A DNA stretch of 64,000 nt, taken from assembly GCF_009914755.1 (NCBI RefSeq), contig NC_060940.1. The stretch is one strand, 5' to 3'. The notes under the pieces were generated by a model. That model saw only the letters and a list, made by a program, of their open reading frames with translations. It was not told the origin of the DNA and did no database searches. Below are positions 38,839 to 57,655 of this stretch, one piece after another (the stretch's first letter is position 1; each line of letters begins with the position of its first letter). Source of the stretch: the human T2T-CHM13v2.0 reference genome, Homo sapiens. Position numbers and translations under genes: made by a program.

Positions 38839-39344
38839 TGTGAGAGGCAGAATATCAGCCTCAGAAGATGTCTATGTCCCAGTTCCTGAAGCTGCACGTG
38901 TGTTACTTGACATGGCAAAGGGGAATTAAGGTTGCAGATGGAATTAAGGGTGCTCATCAGCTGATCTTAAGTAGTGAGAGTATCCTGAATTCAGCAGGTG
39001 GGCCCAATGTCGTCATGGGTCCTTAAATGTGGAAGAGGGAGGCAGAAAAGAGAGTGTGAGAGAGTGATGTGAGGAAGCACTCAATCAGACACTGCTGGCT
39101 TTGAAGATGGAGAAAGGGGCAATGAGCCAGGGAATGCAGGTGACCTCTAAAAGCTGGAAAAGACAATGAATAAATTCTCCCCTGGAGCCTCCAGGAGGGA
39201 ACATGGCCCTGCAGATACCTGGATTTTAGCGCCGTAAGACTCATTTTAGACTTCTGGCCTCCAGAACTGTAAGATATTAAATTTGCATTATTTTAAGCCA
39301 CTAAGTTGATGGCTTTTGTTATAGCAGCCATAGCTAACTAATAC
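38839..39344 (+). mobile_element. MLT1D-like LTR
   Basis: ggaattaaggttgcagatggaattaag...cctccagaactgtaaga...aactaataca. Confidence 0.8.
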
Positions 39345-41342
39345 ATTCCTGCCTGAAGGAGGGGATAGGCCAGTCACAAACCATCAAGGATATTTGCAAT
39401 TTGCTGAGGATAAGGCCCTGCCTTGTCTATCTAGCCAGGCCACCCAGCACCTGCTTGCAGAAGTTAGGATCCCTCCCTCCACAGGACATACATTGACCAT
39501 CAACTGTCATGGCTATGTTGCTCACTGGCTGTGTGACCTCAGGCAAGTCACCTTTCCTCTCTGTGCCTTGGGACAGCAGAGGTCAGGATAGTCCTCGCCT
39601 CTCAGGGTTGTCGTAAGGAGCAAATGAACACATGCACGTAAGGCCTTCATTTCAGTGTCCGGCACACACATATACTCAGTAAGTGCTAGCCATTATTATT
39701 TTCACCATCTTCAGTGCTATCTATTATTACAGGGTCTGAAAGTCTCCTGATAACAGCATGAGAGGAGCTGCAGTCGATGAAATCCCAGGCTGCCATGAGC
39801 GTGCAGAGGAGCTTTGTAACACCTGCGTGATATTAATTGATAATAGCTGGCTTTCTGGGGGAAAGAAAAAAGCTCCTGACGCGTGGTGGTTGCCAGTTGC
39901 TGTGGCGTAAGTACCCCTGTCATGGCCAGTGTCGAGCCAACAACAGCATCGTTGAACAGGGAGTTGGGAAGAGATGCTAAGGATCGGCTCTCGCAAGCCT
40001 GTGCCTGTGGCCCCTAGTACATCACTGTGACTGTTGCTCCCCAGGAAGGTCAGCGGATGCTCCTAAAGATAGAATCCCTGGTTAATCAAACCTTGGGGGG
40101 TGAGCAGCAGCTAGCAAGGTGGAGAAGCGGGTACTGGCAGAAGGGGCAGGTTGAGTCAAGGCAGATGAGCTGGAGAACACGGTGCTTCTGGGAAGCTGAA
40201 ACGGATTCGGCAGGACCAGAGAGTTGGACATGAAGTGGCAAGTACGAAGAAGAAGGGCAGAGAGGCAGGTGGGCATCAGAAAATGAAAGGCCTTCTCTAT
40301 TTTGCTGAGGAGCGTGGACTTTATGTGGTGGGAATAGGCATGGGGAACCCCTAGTGAATTTATAGCTGTGGTTCGCTACCCTGGAACATTCTAGAATCAC
40401 CTGGGGAGCTTAAAAAAATCTCCAATGACTGGGCCACATCTTAACTCAGTCAGAACCTCAGGGGTTGGGGCCTTACTTATAGGGTTGCTTTGATGTCTCT
40501 TCGGAATTCTGCCGTGCAGTCAGAGATGGGGACGGGTGGCTTTCAATTAGGAGGATCGTGATCAGATAGGCATTTTCAAGAGCTCATTTGAGCTGCTTAG
40601 ATATTGCTGGAGGCAGTGTAAATGGGTGCAGTCCTTTTAAAGGGCAATTTGGCGCGATTGATCAAAGTAAGAGATGCAGACCTCCTCTGACCTGCAGTCA
40701 CAGGTCTAGGGATTTATTTTGCAGCTATACTTGCTCATGTGTACAAAGACGTATATAACATTACAGTGTTGTTTGTGATAGTGGTGGGTTGGAAATGACC
40801 AAAATATCCCTCATTAAGGGACTGGCTAAATAAATGATGGTCATAAAGGCAAGAGAAAACTGCAGCTGTTCAAAAGAATCAGGAGAATCTATACACACCG
40901 CCGTCAAGGCCCAGCAAGACACACAGAGCAAGCTGCAGAACAGACCTCATTGTATGCACCAGCCTGCGTCAAAATAGACAAGGGTAGTGTGTGAGTTCAT
41001 TTGATTTCTGAAAAATGGTTAAGAAATTAGAAATGGTGGTTGCCTCTGGGGAGGGAAACTGAGGGGCTTGGGAGAGGAGGTGAGAGGGAAATTTCCTTTT
41101 CTCTCTCTGTATCATTTTATGTTGCTTAAGTGAAATTAAAAGGCATCCTGAGAAGGAGACAGCCTGGAAGAAAGAGATTATGTATCAGGCCAGGTTGGAG
41201 GTGATGAGAGTGTAAATAGGGGCCATCTGTGTGGCTAGAGGTTGAGAGAGGAACTGGAATAAACAGGAGGAAGGTGGAGGAGGTACTGAGTAGATAGCAT
41301 CAGATGGCGGGGTGGGGCGGTGGGGGGGCGGGGTGGCCCTGA

Positions 41343-45808
<4,466 letters not shown>

Positions 45809-47320
45809 TCACATGGGGAGACAGATTCATAACCAAGTCCGTCATAACAAAGATGGATTTAGAGTAATGAGGATGGAGTGTAACCATTGAGTCTGGGGAG
45901 GACAGGGAAAAACTGAGATTGGTTAGCATTGGGAGAATCCAAGGAAGGTTTTTGGAGGAAGGGGCATTGAGCTGGGCATGGACCTATGGGCAGGCATTTG
46001 GGCTGAGGGGAATGCAGGAGTGAGGGTTGAGGTGTATAGGGTGGGGCAGGTCTGTGTGGCTGGCACAGGACGGCCAGGGATTAGGTTAGAAAGGAAAATG
46101 GGGTTAGAGCAAAGATGGCGCTGAATCCTGGGTTGGATTCTTGGATCTTATTCCAAAGGCATCGCAGAATCATGGAAAGAATTCAAGAAGTACTTGGCCA
46201 GATCTGACGTACCTTGGGGAGGATACATCCAGGGTGGGATTTGAAGACCAGATGAAGGCAGAGACAAGACAGCGACCCCAGTTAAGAGACCACAAAAAGA
46301 GTGTGTGAGTGAGATAGGAACCTGAACAAAGGAGGCGGTGGAAGGAATGCAGGGGTGTTTCAGGAAGAATAAATGTTGACAGGGCTTGGGACTGGGTGGC
46401 TGCAGGGAATGAAGGGCCAGAGGAGGCTGCTGTGGCCCCAAGATTTCCAGTCTGTGTGGCAGAGTGGATGAAGGGGGCAGCCACTCACATAGAAAGCCGT
46501 GGGGGAGGAGAAGTTGGGGCAGAGGATGTTGGCCTTGCGCATGCTGGGTTCAGGGCATCACTGGAGACGTGGGGATCTGGAGTCCGGAGCACACAGAATT
46601 GCACAGCGCTGGAGTTCAAAGGCGCGTCTCCCGAGCACCTTTGTCCCCAGATCAGAACTCACCTTCAGAGAGGTGCAGTGAGAAGGGGGGTCTGTGCAGA
46701 ATGGGGGTCATCTAAGAATGGACAGGGAGGCACAGCCGGCACAGGCCTCTGGGTAATTGGAAGGTCAGTTGTCACCTTTCAGGGCGGTTTCTATGGCAAC
46801 AGAGGGAAGTTGCAGTGTGGAGGGGAGGGGAGCCCAGGAAGCTGGAAGTTTGGGAGTGAATGAATGAAAAGGAAGGTAGGGTGAGAGGTGGGGGGACAGG
46901 GTGGAGGCCAGGAGGTGAGGGGAGTCAGGATCCAGTGGAGAGGGAAGAGGGAGATGCAGGCAATTGAGGGGCAATCCAGAAGGCAAAACTGTGGGGAAAG
47001 CAATGAATTTCCTCTCAGTCCTGTGAGATGGGAGGCCTGGAGGGAAACCCGGGAAGAGGACTTCCCACAGAAGGCCGGGTCCTGGCTGACAGGCAGGGAA
47101 GGAACCAGGATCTGGGTCTTGTTGGATATGGAAATGGGCTGGTCCCAGGCGTGTCCTGGACTGTGATGGGTAGGGACCCTTTTAAAGTTTCCCAGGGTTT
47201 CCAAAGAACAGCCTGGGTGAGTCTGTGTAGCCCAGCACACGAAGACCCCACTGGGGCAGCGTTGAGAGCGGTAGACTGCCTTCAACTATTCCTTGTCAGT
47301 TGCTAATTATTTCCTGCAGA

Positions 47321-47323
<3 letters not shown>

Positions 47324-47362
<39 letters not shown>
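47324..47362 (+). repeat. (GT)n microsatellite followed by G-runs
   Basis: Direct observation. Confidence 0.95.
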
Positions 47363-47369
<7 letters not shown>

Positions 47370-49319
47370 CGGGGGGGGTGTTAGTTTCTTCCTCCGCACC
47401 CACTTCATCTTTCTACTCTCCCCCACTCCCTGGTGCCCTCCTGGGAAACATTTGTGCTGTGCGTCTGTCCTCAATGACTTGCCATCTGCTGAGCCATTTC
47501 TGAGTATGAGTGACACCAGCGGTCCAAGGAAAAGAGTGTTGTTCCAGTAAGTTTGGGGGAAGGAGGGCCAAGCAGGTTCCCTTCTTGCAGAACTGCTCAG
47601 CACCTTTGAGAAGTTGATGGAAAAGGCACTTTGTCCATCATGCGCAACACTGGGGTTGTAGTGGAGTCTTTGGCATGGTGCAGGGCGTTTTGCACCAGCC
47701 TTGTTCACAGGAGTGGAGTCTACTCAGGGGTGACAATGATGGGACAAGAAGGCCAAATGGCAGGAGATGAGAATAGGAGTCTTGGGAGTAGGGCACAGTG
47801 ATGGGGAGCAGCTGGCCCATTTCAGGCGGTCTTACTCCTGAAGGCCTCATCTCACAGCCTATCAACCTTCTTATGTGCACCCGCTTTTCACATCCAGAAA
47901 CTGGTTTGCTCTGCAAAGATGTGGGTACATATTTATTGTTTTGCTTTGCAAATCTTTTGGCTATGAGGACCTTGTTTAATGGATGATTGGCACTGACTCC
48001 TCAGCAGACGTTGTACCTGCTTTAGAGAGGTCACTTCCAATGTGACAAGGAAGCTGACATGTGGCTTTTCAATGTAATGAAATATTTTGGGTACAAAATT
48101 GACTAATGAACAAATGGATATATTAAATATCAAAATCTATATTAATAACAGGTTATTTTTCCTCATGATTTGGAAACTTTGCATGTTTTCAGAATCATCC
48201 ATGTTTTGGTAGGTCTTTGGGAAGCTTGACGGTCCTGGATCTTGGGGGCTAGGGGTGCCTAGTGGGGTCAAGGGAGGTCTGGGGGTCTTGGAAAGCCAGG
48301 AGGGGTGGGAGCCTGAGGTCTCCAGGAAGACAGGGGCGAGGTGGAGAGACAGGAGATCATAGGCAGAGATTGGCATCTACGTTCAGGATGTTGGAATTGG
48401 AGGAGTGTTGGCGGAGGGGTGTTGGGGTCCCTTGTGTCTGATGTGCCTGGGCAAGGAAGAGTTTCTGCTACCAGGACTCTGCTGAGGAAAAAGGATCTAA
48501 AACTTGGGAGCAAAGCAGACGGCTGTGTGTGCATCCTTTCAATGTCACACTGTAGCTTCTGTGAACAGGCCAGCTCGGGAGTTATTTATATTTAATTCTC
48601 TGGGGGAACTGTGGCTTTGTTTGACTCTTTTTGTACTGTTGAGTAGGGCCCCCGGAGTCTGACGTTAACATGTTAACTTGCAAATTTTTGTCTGGTAGAA
48701 ATGAGTCTGATTGCTGTCTGTTAGTGAAGAAACCTCCAAGGTCATGGTTTTATTGCCCTGAAGAATGTTCTCCAGTTTTGTGTCTCACCCAGAATCCCTG
48801 TCCCAGCATTCTTCTCCCATGCCTGTGAATACTCAGGATGGTCACCAGCTTTAGTGTTCTTGGTCCTTTCACTTATGAGAATGAGGGATTTTTGACACAT
48901 ACTCATTCATTCTATATTCATGGGACAAGTTTGTTGTTTTTTTTTGGTTTGTTTGTTTGTTTGTTTGTTTGTTTGTTTTAGTAGAGACAGGGTTTCACCA
49001 TGTTGCCCAGGCCAGTCTCAAACTCCTGGACTGAAGCAATCCACTTGCCTCGGCCTCCCAAAGTGCTGGGATTACAGGTGTGAGTGATCATGCTGGGCCC
49101 CATTTAAAAAAATGTTTTGAAAATTATATTTTGATGCCCTTTCCTAGTAGAACACATCTCCTGGAGGCCCAGGAAGGGAAGGTGGAGACTGGGATCATTG
49201 GGATCTTTGAGAGATTTTTGGTCTCATGGCACATGGTGGTGCCTCAGATGCAAGCACAGCAACCTCTGAGCCCTGCTCCAAGTTTGTATAGGTCAGTCCC
49301 CACTTCCAGGTGCCAAATT

Positions 49320-49880
49320 CTGTCACAGTGATCTTTTGCTGTGCAATAAGCCATCTTGAAAACACTGGCATAAAATAATGATTATTTATTACAAATTTTT
49401 AAAAAAGAGAGAATCCTGGCTTCTGTGGGTCAGGACTTTGGGCAAGGCACAACAAGAAAGGCTTTTCTACTTCATGATGTCTAGGGTCTCAGCCAGAAGC
49501 CCCAGAGCTGAGGGTGACTCTAGTATATGAGGCGGTGGCTGGAGGATCCCCTTCTAAGGTGTTCTTTTTAGTCCTGTGTCTGACACATTGGCAGGGATGG
49601 CTGGAAGGCTGGGCTCAGCTGGGACGGTTGCTCAGAGCACCTCTCTGCGGCCACTTCAGCATGGCAGCCTCCATGGGTAGTGAGACTTCTGAAATGACAG
49701 GTCAGTGCCTTGTGAGTAAGGTAGGAGCTGCATGGCTTTTTGTGACCCAGCCTGAAAAGTCACATAGTGTCATGTCTGCTGTGTCTAAGCAGTCAGAAGC
49801 CTGCCCACTCTCAAAGGGAGGGGACCCAGGCTCCACTTCTCAGTGGGAGGAATGTCAAAGAACCTGTGGTCATGTTAAAG
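49320..49880 (-). mobile_element. Old MLT1-family LTR
   Basis: ttctgtgggtcaggactttgggcaaggcaca...gaaggctgggctcagctggg... Confidence 0.6.
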
Positions 49881-51321
49881 TTGCTGCTGCTGCTTCTACA
49901 ATTTCCATCCTCTTTGGTCCTTTTTGATGGCTCCTAATAACCCACATCTCATCATAAACCACAAGACTTTGCCAGAAGCCAAGGAAAGAGCAGCCCTCCA
50001 AATTGCACCTTTGTTCCCAGTTCCCACCAGAGTCCCTGGAGATTTTATCCATTCGTGATATCTTCTTTCTCTTGGTTCTTCCAGTCTTAGGGGTGGAGCT
50101 TCCAGTAATGTATTTGTGTTTCCAGAGAGCTCAAAACACAGCTGAAAATATGCCTGTTGGCATAGGGAATGTTCATGCTACATTTGGTAAGTGAAGAAAG
50201 CAAAGGAAAAATCAAGTGGAAGAATATAGATCAAGGTGCTAAGTGGTTATCTCTGAATGGAAGATTTAGAGGTAATTTCTATTTTGCTTTTGCATATATG
50301 TATTTTTCTTTTTTATATGAAGCCCAACTATCACATGGAAATTAAGCGTGTAGGCTCTGAAGTCAGACTCCTTGGGTTTAAATCTCCATTCCTTCAATTT
50401 CCAGCTTTCTAACCTTGGGCAAGTTACTTAGATTTTGTAAAACTCAGTTTCCTCATCTCTAAAATGGGGATAATGATAGATCAATAGTTTTTACCTCAAA
50501 GGGCTGTTTTAAGGATTAAATAAAATTATGTATGTAAATACTTTGCATAATTTTTGGCATAAAATAAGCAGTCAGGGTTAGGGATTATTTTTAGTGGTTT
50601 CATTAATAAGTTTTAAAAGAGATAAATGAGTCTTGTTTCTAATATCTTGATAATGGCACTTCGTGTGAATGAATCTGTGTGTTTTACCAGAAACACCAAC
50701 TCGGTTTTATTGCTGGAAATATCTCATAATTTGCTTTCACACCTTTTAAGAGCTATTTTCTCGAGACATACTCGGCTTTTATGAAGATTTTGAAAATCTA
50801 GGGCAGTGATTTTCCTTAGAGGGGAGCAAGAAGGTCACCAGGAAAGTCTGCTGTCCTCCCGTGGATCCTCATTTTTCTAGAGTAAGTATTTAATCAGGCA
50901 AGATTGAGAAGCTAAAAGCAATAGAATAATTGACCTAATTTTTTTTAAGTGCAGAAGTTTTGTTCTTTGCCTGAACACAAACATATTTCTTATCCTAAAA
51001 GGATTTTTAAAAATTTGTTTTGCTGTCAGCAAAAATTTAGGCTTTTGCACATAACACTTTTGCTAGCTAAGTAAATAGGAAGGACAGACAAGACTATCCA
51101 CTGTATATTTAGTCTGAATGAGCAAAAAGTGGTGGAGAGGTCGGGGTTACGGTCTCCTTATCCCAGTAAAACTAGGAGACTGAGACCCTCCAGCAGTGTT
51201 ATGCTGTGGGAACAGGGCTGGCCTGGATCTAAGGAGTTAGGGTTAAGCCAGAGCTGGAAGTTTGTCAGTTATACACCTGGTGTAAGAGCTAGCATGGAAG
51301 GAACATACAATAAGTGATGAA

Positions 51322-51446
51322 GGGATGGATGGATGATGAACAGATAGATGGACGGATGGTTAATGGATTGATGGATGAATAGACAGACGATGAACGGATG
51401 GATGGATGATGGATGGATGGATGGACGGATGGATGGATGAATGAAC
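51322..51446 (+). repeat. Degenerate (GGAT)n repeat
   Basis: Direct observation. Confidence 0.9.
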
Positions 51447-52628
51447 AGACGTTCGAATGGGTAGATCTCTTTCCACTGTCCTAGGCTGCCTGAAGGTCTT
51501 GAGTCTTGGATCTTCTTGTGAGCTATCAATTGCCTGCTCGATAATGAAATACCAGTTGAGACAAATTGGCCATGAGAGACATTTTTGGGTAAATTGAGAT
51601 CATTTGAATTTGGTCTGGGTATTAGATGAGGTGAAATCTTACTGGAATGAGAAGATGAAATTTATTGACCAAAAAAAGCAAGCACAGAATGTTGTGTAAT
51701 CTTGTTTGGGTTGAAAAACTACGTATACGTATAAATCCAAATGCTGGCTCTCACAAAACACTATCAAAATGAGCTCCCGAGAAGACAAAGTGGAGTGTTC
51801 TGCTAGACTGCATCACCTTTTTCCCCCCGTGGATCTCTGCTCATGCTGTTCCCACTGCTTGGAACGTCATTTCCTTCCCACCCTCCACCTTCCCCAGTTC
51901 CTACTCATCCTCCCGTGTGCAGCTTCACTGTCTCTCCCTCAGGGAGTCTCCCCCGCTCTCTAGGTTAGAAAACCATATGCACGCTCTTGGCTCTCATTAG
52001 ATCGTAATTTTTTAAATGTTTGAAAATGTTTGTAGCTAGCACAACACAACACATTCCCTGAATGTGTGCAGTAGGCATTCAAAAATGTATTTCTAGGTGA
52101 ATTATGTAAAAAGAAATGTTATGGAATGTGTTGTTTTTTCCTCCTCCCTTCCACAGGATCCTGGCGTGTTCCAAAAAGAGAATATTTGCTAATTTGACAA
52201 AATGCTGGAAGATATAGAAATTTTTTTTTTTTTTTTTTTTTTAGACAGTGTCTCACTCTGTCGCCCAGGCTGGAGTGCAGTGATGCGATCTTGGCTCACT
52301 GTACCCTCTGCCTCCCGAGTTCAAGAGATTCTCATGCCTCAGCCTCCTAGTAGCTGGGACTACAGGTGCCCACCATCACGCCTGGCTAATTTTTGTATTT
52401 TTTGGTAGAGATGGGGTTTCAGCATGTTGGCCAGGCTGGTGTCAGATTCCTGGCCCCAAGTGATCTACCCACCTCAGCCTTCCAAAGTTCTGGGATTATA
52501 GTCATGAGCCACTGTGCTTGGCCTGGAAGAGATAGAAATTCTTTTAGCAATGTAATACCAAGAGCTGGGTTAAGAGGAGCCCCATTTAGCAGTAATGCGG
52601 TTGGAAGGTGGTGTTGGTGAACTCCCTG

Positions 52629-53091
52629 TGAGAGGGGAAGCCAGCTGGACTTCCTGGGTCGATTGGAGACTTGGAGAACTTTTCTGTCTTACAAGAGTTT
52701 GTAAAATGCACCAATCAGTGCTCTGTAAAAACACACCAATCTGCGCTCTGTAGCTAGCTAGAGGTTTGTAAAATGGACCAATCAGCACCCTGTAAAATGG
52801 ACCAATCAACACCCTGTAAAATGGACCAATCAGCACTCTGTAAAATGGACCAATCAGTGGGACATGGGTGGGGACAAATAAGGGAATAAGAGCTGGCCTC
52901 CCCCAGCCAGGAACGGCAACCCGCTTGGGTCGTCTTGCTTTGTTCTTTCCCTCTTAACAATAAATCCTGCTGCTGTTCACTCTGGGTCCGTGCCACCTTT
53001 AAGAGCTATAATACTCACCGCGAAGGTCCGCGATTTCATTCTTGACGTCAGTGAGACCACGAACCCACCAGAAGGAACCAACTCGGACACA
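52629..53091 (+). mobile_element. LTR12F-like (ERV9) solo LTR
   Basis: tgagaggggaagccagctggacttcctggg...ggacaca; 24-bp CCAAT repeats; AATAAA at 52959-52964; flanks cctg/ccta. Confidence 0.88.
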
Positions 53092-53669
53092 CCTACAGAT
53101 GGGAAGCCCCTCCCTTTGGTCCACACAGACCCAGAAGGACTGAGAAATGGAGAACCCTTGGGGTAGGGAAGGAGGTCAAGGGTCCTTGAAGAGGAGAAGA
53201 GAGAGGGGGTCTGAAAGGGAGAAGTCATGGTGGCTTGTGACACAGAACTGAGAGCTTTCAGGGGAAGGACCTTGACAGTTTCAGAAGAGTTGAATGACGG
53301 AACTTTCTAGACCCCCACACCCTCCAAACCCCTGGGCACTAGATTGGAGACTATGACTAAAATCCAACAGAAAGGACTCTTTTTGTTTATTTTTTTTACA
53401 TTCCAGGTAGGGCTTGCCTAGCTAAAAATGAGAGCGTTTATTACTGACCCACCATCTCTTTCTTGGGAATAGGGGGATAGGTTATAGAAAACAAGATTTA
53501 TTTTTCTTCCAGATAACTTCCATATTTTCTCAATGTTCTTATATGTGTATGTGTAGATCCAAATGCCGGCTCTCCAAAAATACTACGACAATGAAAACGG
53601 AGTGGAGTGTTTCGCTCTGTCGCCCCATCTTCCCTCCTCCGGTCTGTGCACCCACTGCATGAGCACGTG

Positions 53670-54050
53670 GTGTTGTCTTAGATAATTTGAGCTGCTGTAA
53701 CAGAGTACCACAGACTGGGTAGCTTATAAACAACAGAAACGTATTTCTCATGGTTTTAGAGAGGCTGGAAGTCTGAGATCAGGGAACCCGCCACCGTGGT
53801 TGGGTTCCGGTGAAGGCCAGCTTTCAGGCAACAGACTGCCAACTTCGTGTTTCAACCTCACCTGAGGGAAGAGGGCAAGAGGGCTCTCTGGGGTCCCTTT
53901 TATGAGGGCACTAATCCCTTTCATGAGTGTTCCATCCCTCTGACCTCATTACCTCCCCAAAACCCTTCATCCTACTACCACCCAACTGGGGGTTAGGGTT
54001 AGAACATATAAATGAAGATGGGGAGAAATACAAGCATTCAGTCCATAACC
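53670..54050 (-). mobile_element. MST/MLT1A-like MaLR LTR
   Basis: taccacagactgggtagcttataaacaacagaa...cattcagtccataac. Confidence 0.75.
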
Positions 54051-54439
54051 AATGGTTTGAATATTTGTACAAAATTTATGTCTACAGAAGATATTCGAAT
54101 ACACACGCTTATCTCAAACAATCCCTGTTTCCATCTTGTCATGCATATTTCCAGACCCATAGAGTAGTAAATGGTTGAGAGCTGATGGCATCCTTTCCAT
54201 CTTAACCTCAGGGAGCCCTCCCAGCAACTTTGAGATAGAGACGCTTTATAGTATCTTTTTACAGATGAGAAAACAGAAGCTCAGAGAGGTCAAGCAACTT
54301 GTCCAAGGTCACACAGCAGTGAGGAGAATGTGAGTGAGATTTGAGCACCGGCATTCTAAGTCCACACTCTTAAATACTCTACTGGACTGCTCCCTCTTTA
54401 TAAACCTAGCAAAATTAAAATGCAAGTATATTTTTGTGA

Positions 54440-55045
<606 letters not shown>

Positions 55046-56049
55046 TAAGCATACCTGTGGTCCTGGGAAGTCCAGATGGCCATCTCTTCCAGGGATCCTG
55101 CTCTCTCTGGCATACCAGGCAGTCTTTTATCAGCTTTGTGTCCATGTCAGAGTACACCTCACCAGGCACTCCTTTGCTCCTGGTTGCCATCTCAGCCCTG
55201 GTGCATCTTGTGGCCCTTGCAACGATGAAGCATGACGATGTTGCAGGGTGCCCTTGGGCAGGACCCTCTCTGGTGGCCAGGAATGCGAGTGGTGAAGACG
55301 GGAGCTTTGTGGTAAGGTGTGCATGTGCTGTGGCTCTGCTGCAGGAGAGGAAGAGAAGCCGTTCAGCCCCACGCCCAGCCCCTTGCAGACCGCGTCCAAG
55401 CAAGTTCTGAGCTCTGGCTCCGGCAGCTCGTAATGCAAAGGGGCCACACTCGCATCCCTCGACTCCGGGACCCCCAGCGTCTAGCCTGTCCTCCCTGTGT
55501 CATGTGGAACTCCTTTTCAGAGAGGCAGCAGGCCATTCGACACCTTCCAATTCTATTTTCCAAGCTGTGAGCGCATAACCACCAGCCACTGTTTGTCTCT
55601 CATAGGAATTTAATTGCTTTTGGTTGCACCGCCTCACTAAGATTGTAGGCATTCAGGCTTTCAAGATTAGAATATGAAGAGAAATTAATTATTTAAGGAC
55701 ATGCATTTGAACTTGAGATAGACTAAACCTAGATGAAAAACCTGGAGGTCCGAATTGTCAAATCTTGGCAGTGGACTCTTCATGCTTGACGAAAGATGAA
55801 TAGCGGCTGACATCTGCATAATGCATTATAATCGACAAACTTGCGGCCTGTGATTGAGTCTTACTTGATTTGGTAGCTCTCTGACATGAATGCATCGCTG
55901 CAGTATCACACACAAGGATGCCAAGCTGCAGAGAGGTTGAGTGCCTGGCACAAGGTCACATGATTTCAAAGGACTAGAGCAGAAATTTGAACCCAAGTCT
56001 CTATGCCTTTTTTAAAAAAATGTTTTAATTTTAATTTTATTTTTTTTGA

Positions 56050-56265
<216 letters not shown>

Positions 56266-57242
56266 TGATCCGTCCACCTTGGCCTCCCAGAGTGCTTGGA
56301 TTACAGGTGTGAGCCACTGTGCCTGGCTTTTTTTTTTTTTTTTTTTTTTTTATAGAGATGAGTTTCACCATGTTGGCCAGACTCATCTCAAACTCCTGAC
56401 CTCAAGTGATCCGCCCGCCTCGGCCTCCCAGAGCGCTGGGATTCCAGGCGTGAGCCACCCTGCCCGGGCTCTCTGTGACTTTTAAGTCCAGGTTTCCTCT
56501 GGGCCTGCTCAGTAGAATGATGTTTGTTCCTGTGGAAAGTGCTCAGTGAGGCTGTCTGCGACTCTGGTTTATTCTATTCATGATGTATTGATTTGAGGCT
56601 GAGAAACAACCATTTGCAAATGTATTTAGAAAGAAAAATAAGTCCCATGATGTCAGTGGGGACATTTAAGCTCTCAGAAATTACATGGAAGACTCACTAT
56701 TGCTTCAGGCAGGACATGGGCTATTAGGGAATCAAGTGATGCCAATAGCAGTCTAATGAGGAAATGTAATGGGCTCCCACAGGCTCATTCTCATGCTTAT
56801 GTACGTAGAGAATCCATATTTCCATTTCAGCTCAATATCATCAAATCCAATAATTTTCCTGGCTTGATGTTATTGTATGCCTGGGGTTGAGGTAATTTTT
56901 AGAGGGTGAGATGGTACCTGTCACTTAATGGGGTAGAATTTGCAACTGTGGTTAAGCCGTGGGTGATTGCACTGACCGTTGCAGCGGCCCAGGTCTGCAT
57001 CTTCCTAGCGGCAAGACCTCAGTGGGAAGCTTCATTCTCTAGCTAAGCCTGCATCTTCTCATCATCCAAATGGGCAACAGTAGCGCCTCCTCCATTGCAC
57101 TGTTGTGAGGGGGTCTACAGGGAGCCTACTGGGTCTGTAGCAAGCGGATCAGTAAATGTTGACCTCCATTATTGTTGCCAAGGGTAGAGCGTCAAAGGGT
57201 GACCCTCAAAAGATGTGTCCACCTAGAATGCCAGAATGTGAG

Positions 57243-57333
57243 ATTTTCCATCCAAGTACTAACCAGGCCTGACCCTGCTTCGCTTCCGGGATCAGATGAG
57301 ATTGGGCACGTTCAGGGTGGTATGGCCATAGGC
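57243..57333 (-). pseudogene. 5S rRNA retropseudogene, 3'-truncated at about nt 90
   Basis: Minus strand GCCTATGGCCATACCACCCTGAACGTGCCCAATCTCATCTGATCCCGGAAGCGAAGCAGGGTCAGGCCTGGTTAGTACTTGGATGG matches 5S rRNA with CpG-type decay; flanked by the direct repeat cagaatgtgag. Confidence 0.93.
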
Positions 57334-57349
57334 CAGAATGTGAGGTTTC

Positions 57350-57655
57350 TCTTGGGGAGCCAGGAGAGCTGATATAGTTTTGAGTCCAAAGGTAGGAAAT
57401 AAAAGGCAGTGTTCCAGCTTGAGCAGTCAGACAGAAGGGATTCCCTCTTTCTCAGCCTTACTGTTCTAGTTGGGCCTTCAACTGATGGGTCAAAGCCCAC
57501 CCACATGAGGGAGGATGATCAGCTTTGCTCGGTGTACTGATGGAATGTTCATCTCACCCAGAAGCACTCTCACAGACATGCCTGGAATCATGTTTGGCCA
57601 AATGTCTGGGTACCTTGTGGCCCAGTCAAGTTAACACATAAAATTAATCATCACA
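57350..57655 (-). mobile_element. MLT2-like (ERVL) LTR fragment
   Basis: Ends cccagtcaagttaacacataaaattaatcatcaca, the reverse complement of the MLT2 5' end. Confidence 0.75.

Noticed and set aside
52766-52857. 24-bp repeats as a CRISPR-like array
   Set aside because: No spacers; these are the tandem CCAAT repeats of LTR12 in eukaryotic DNA.
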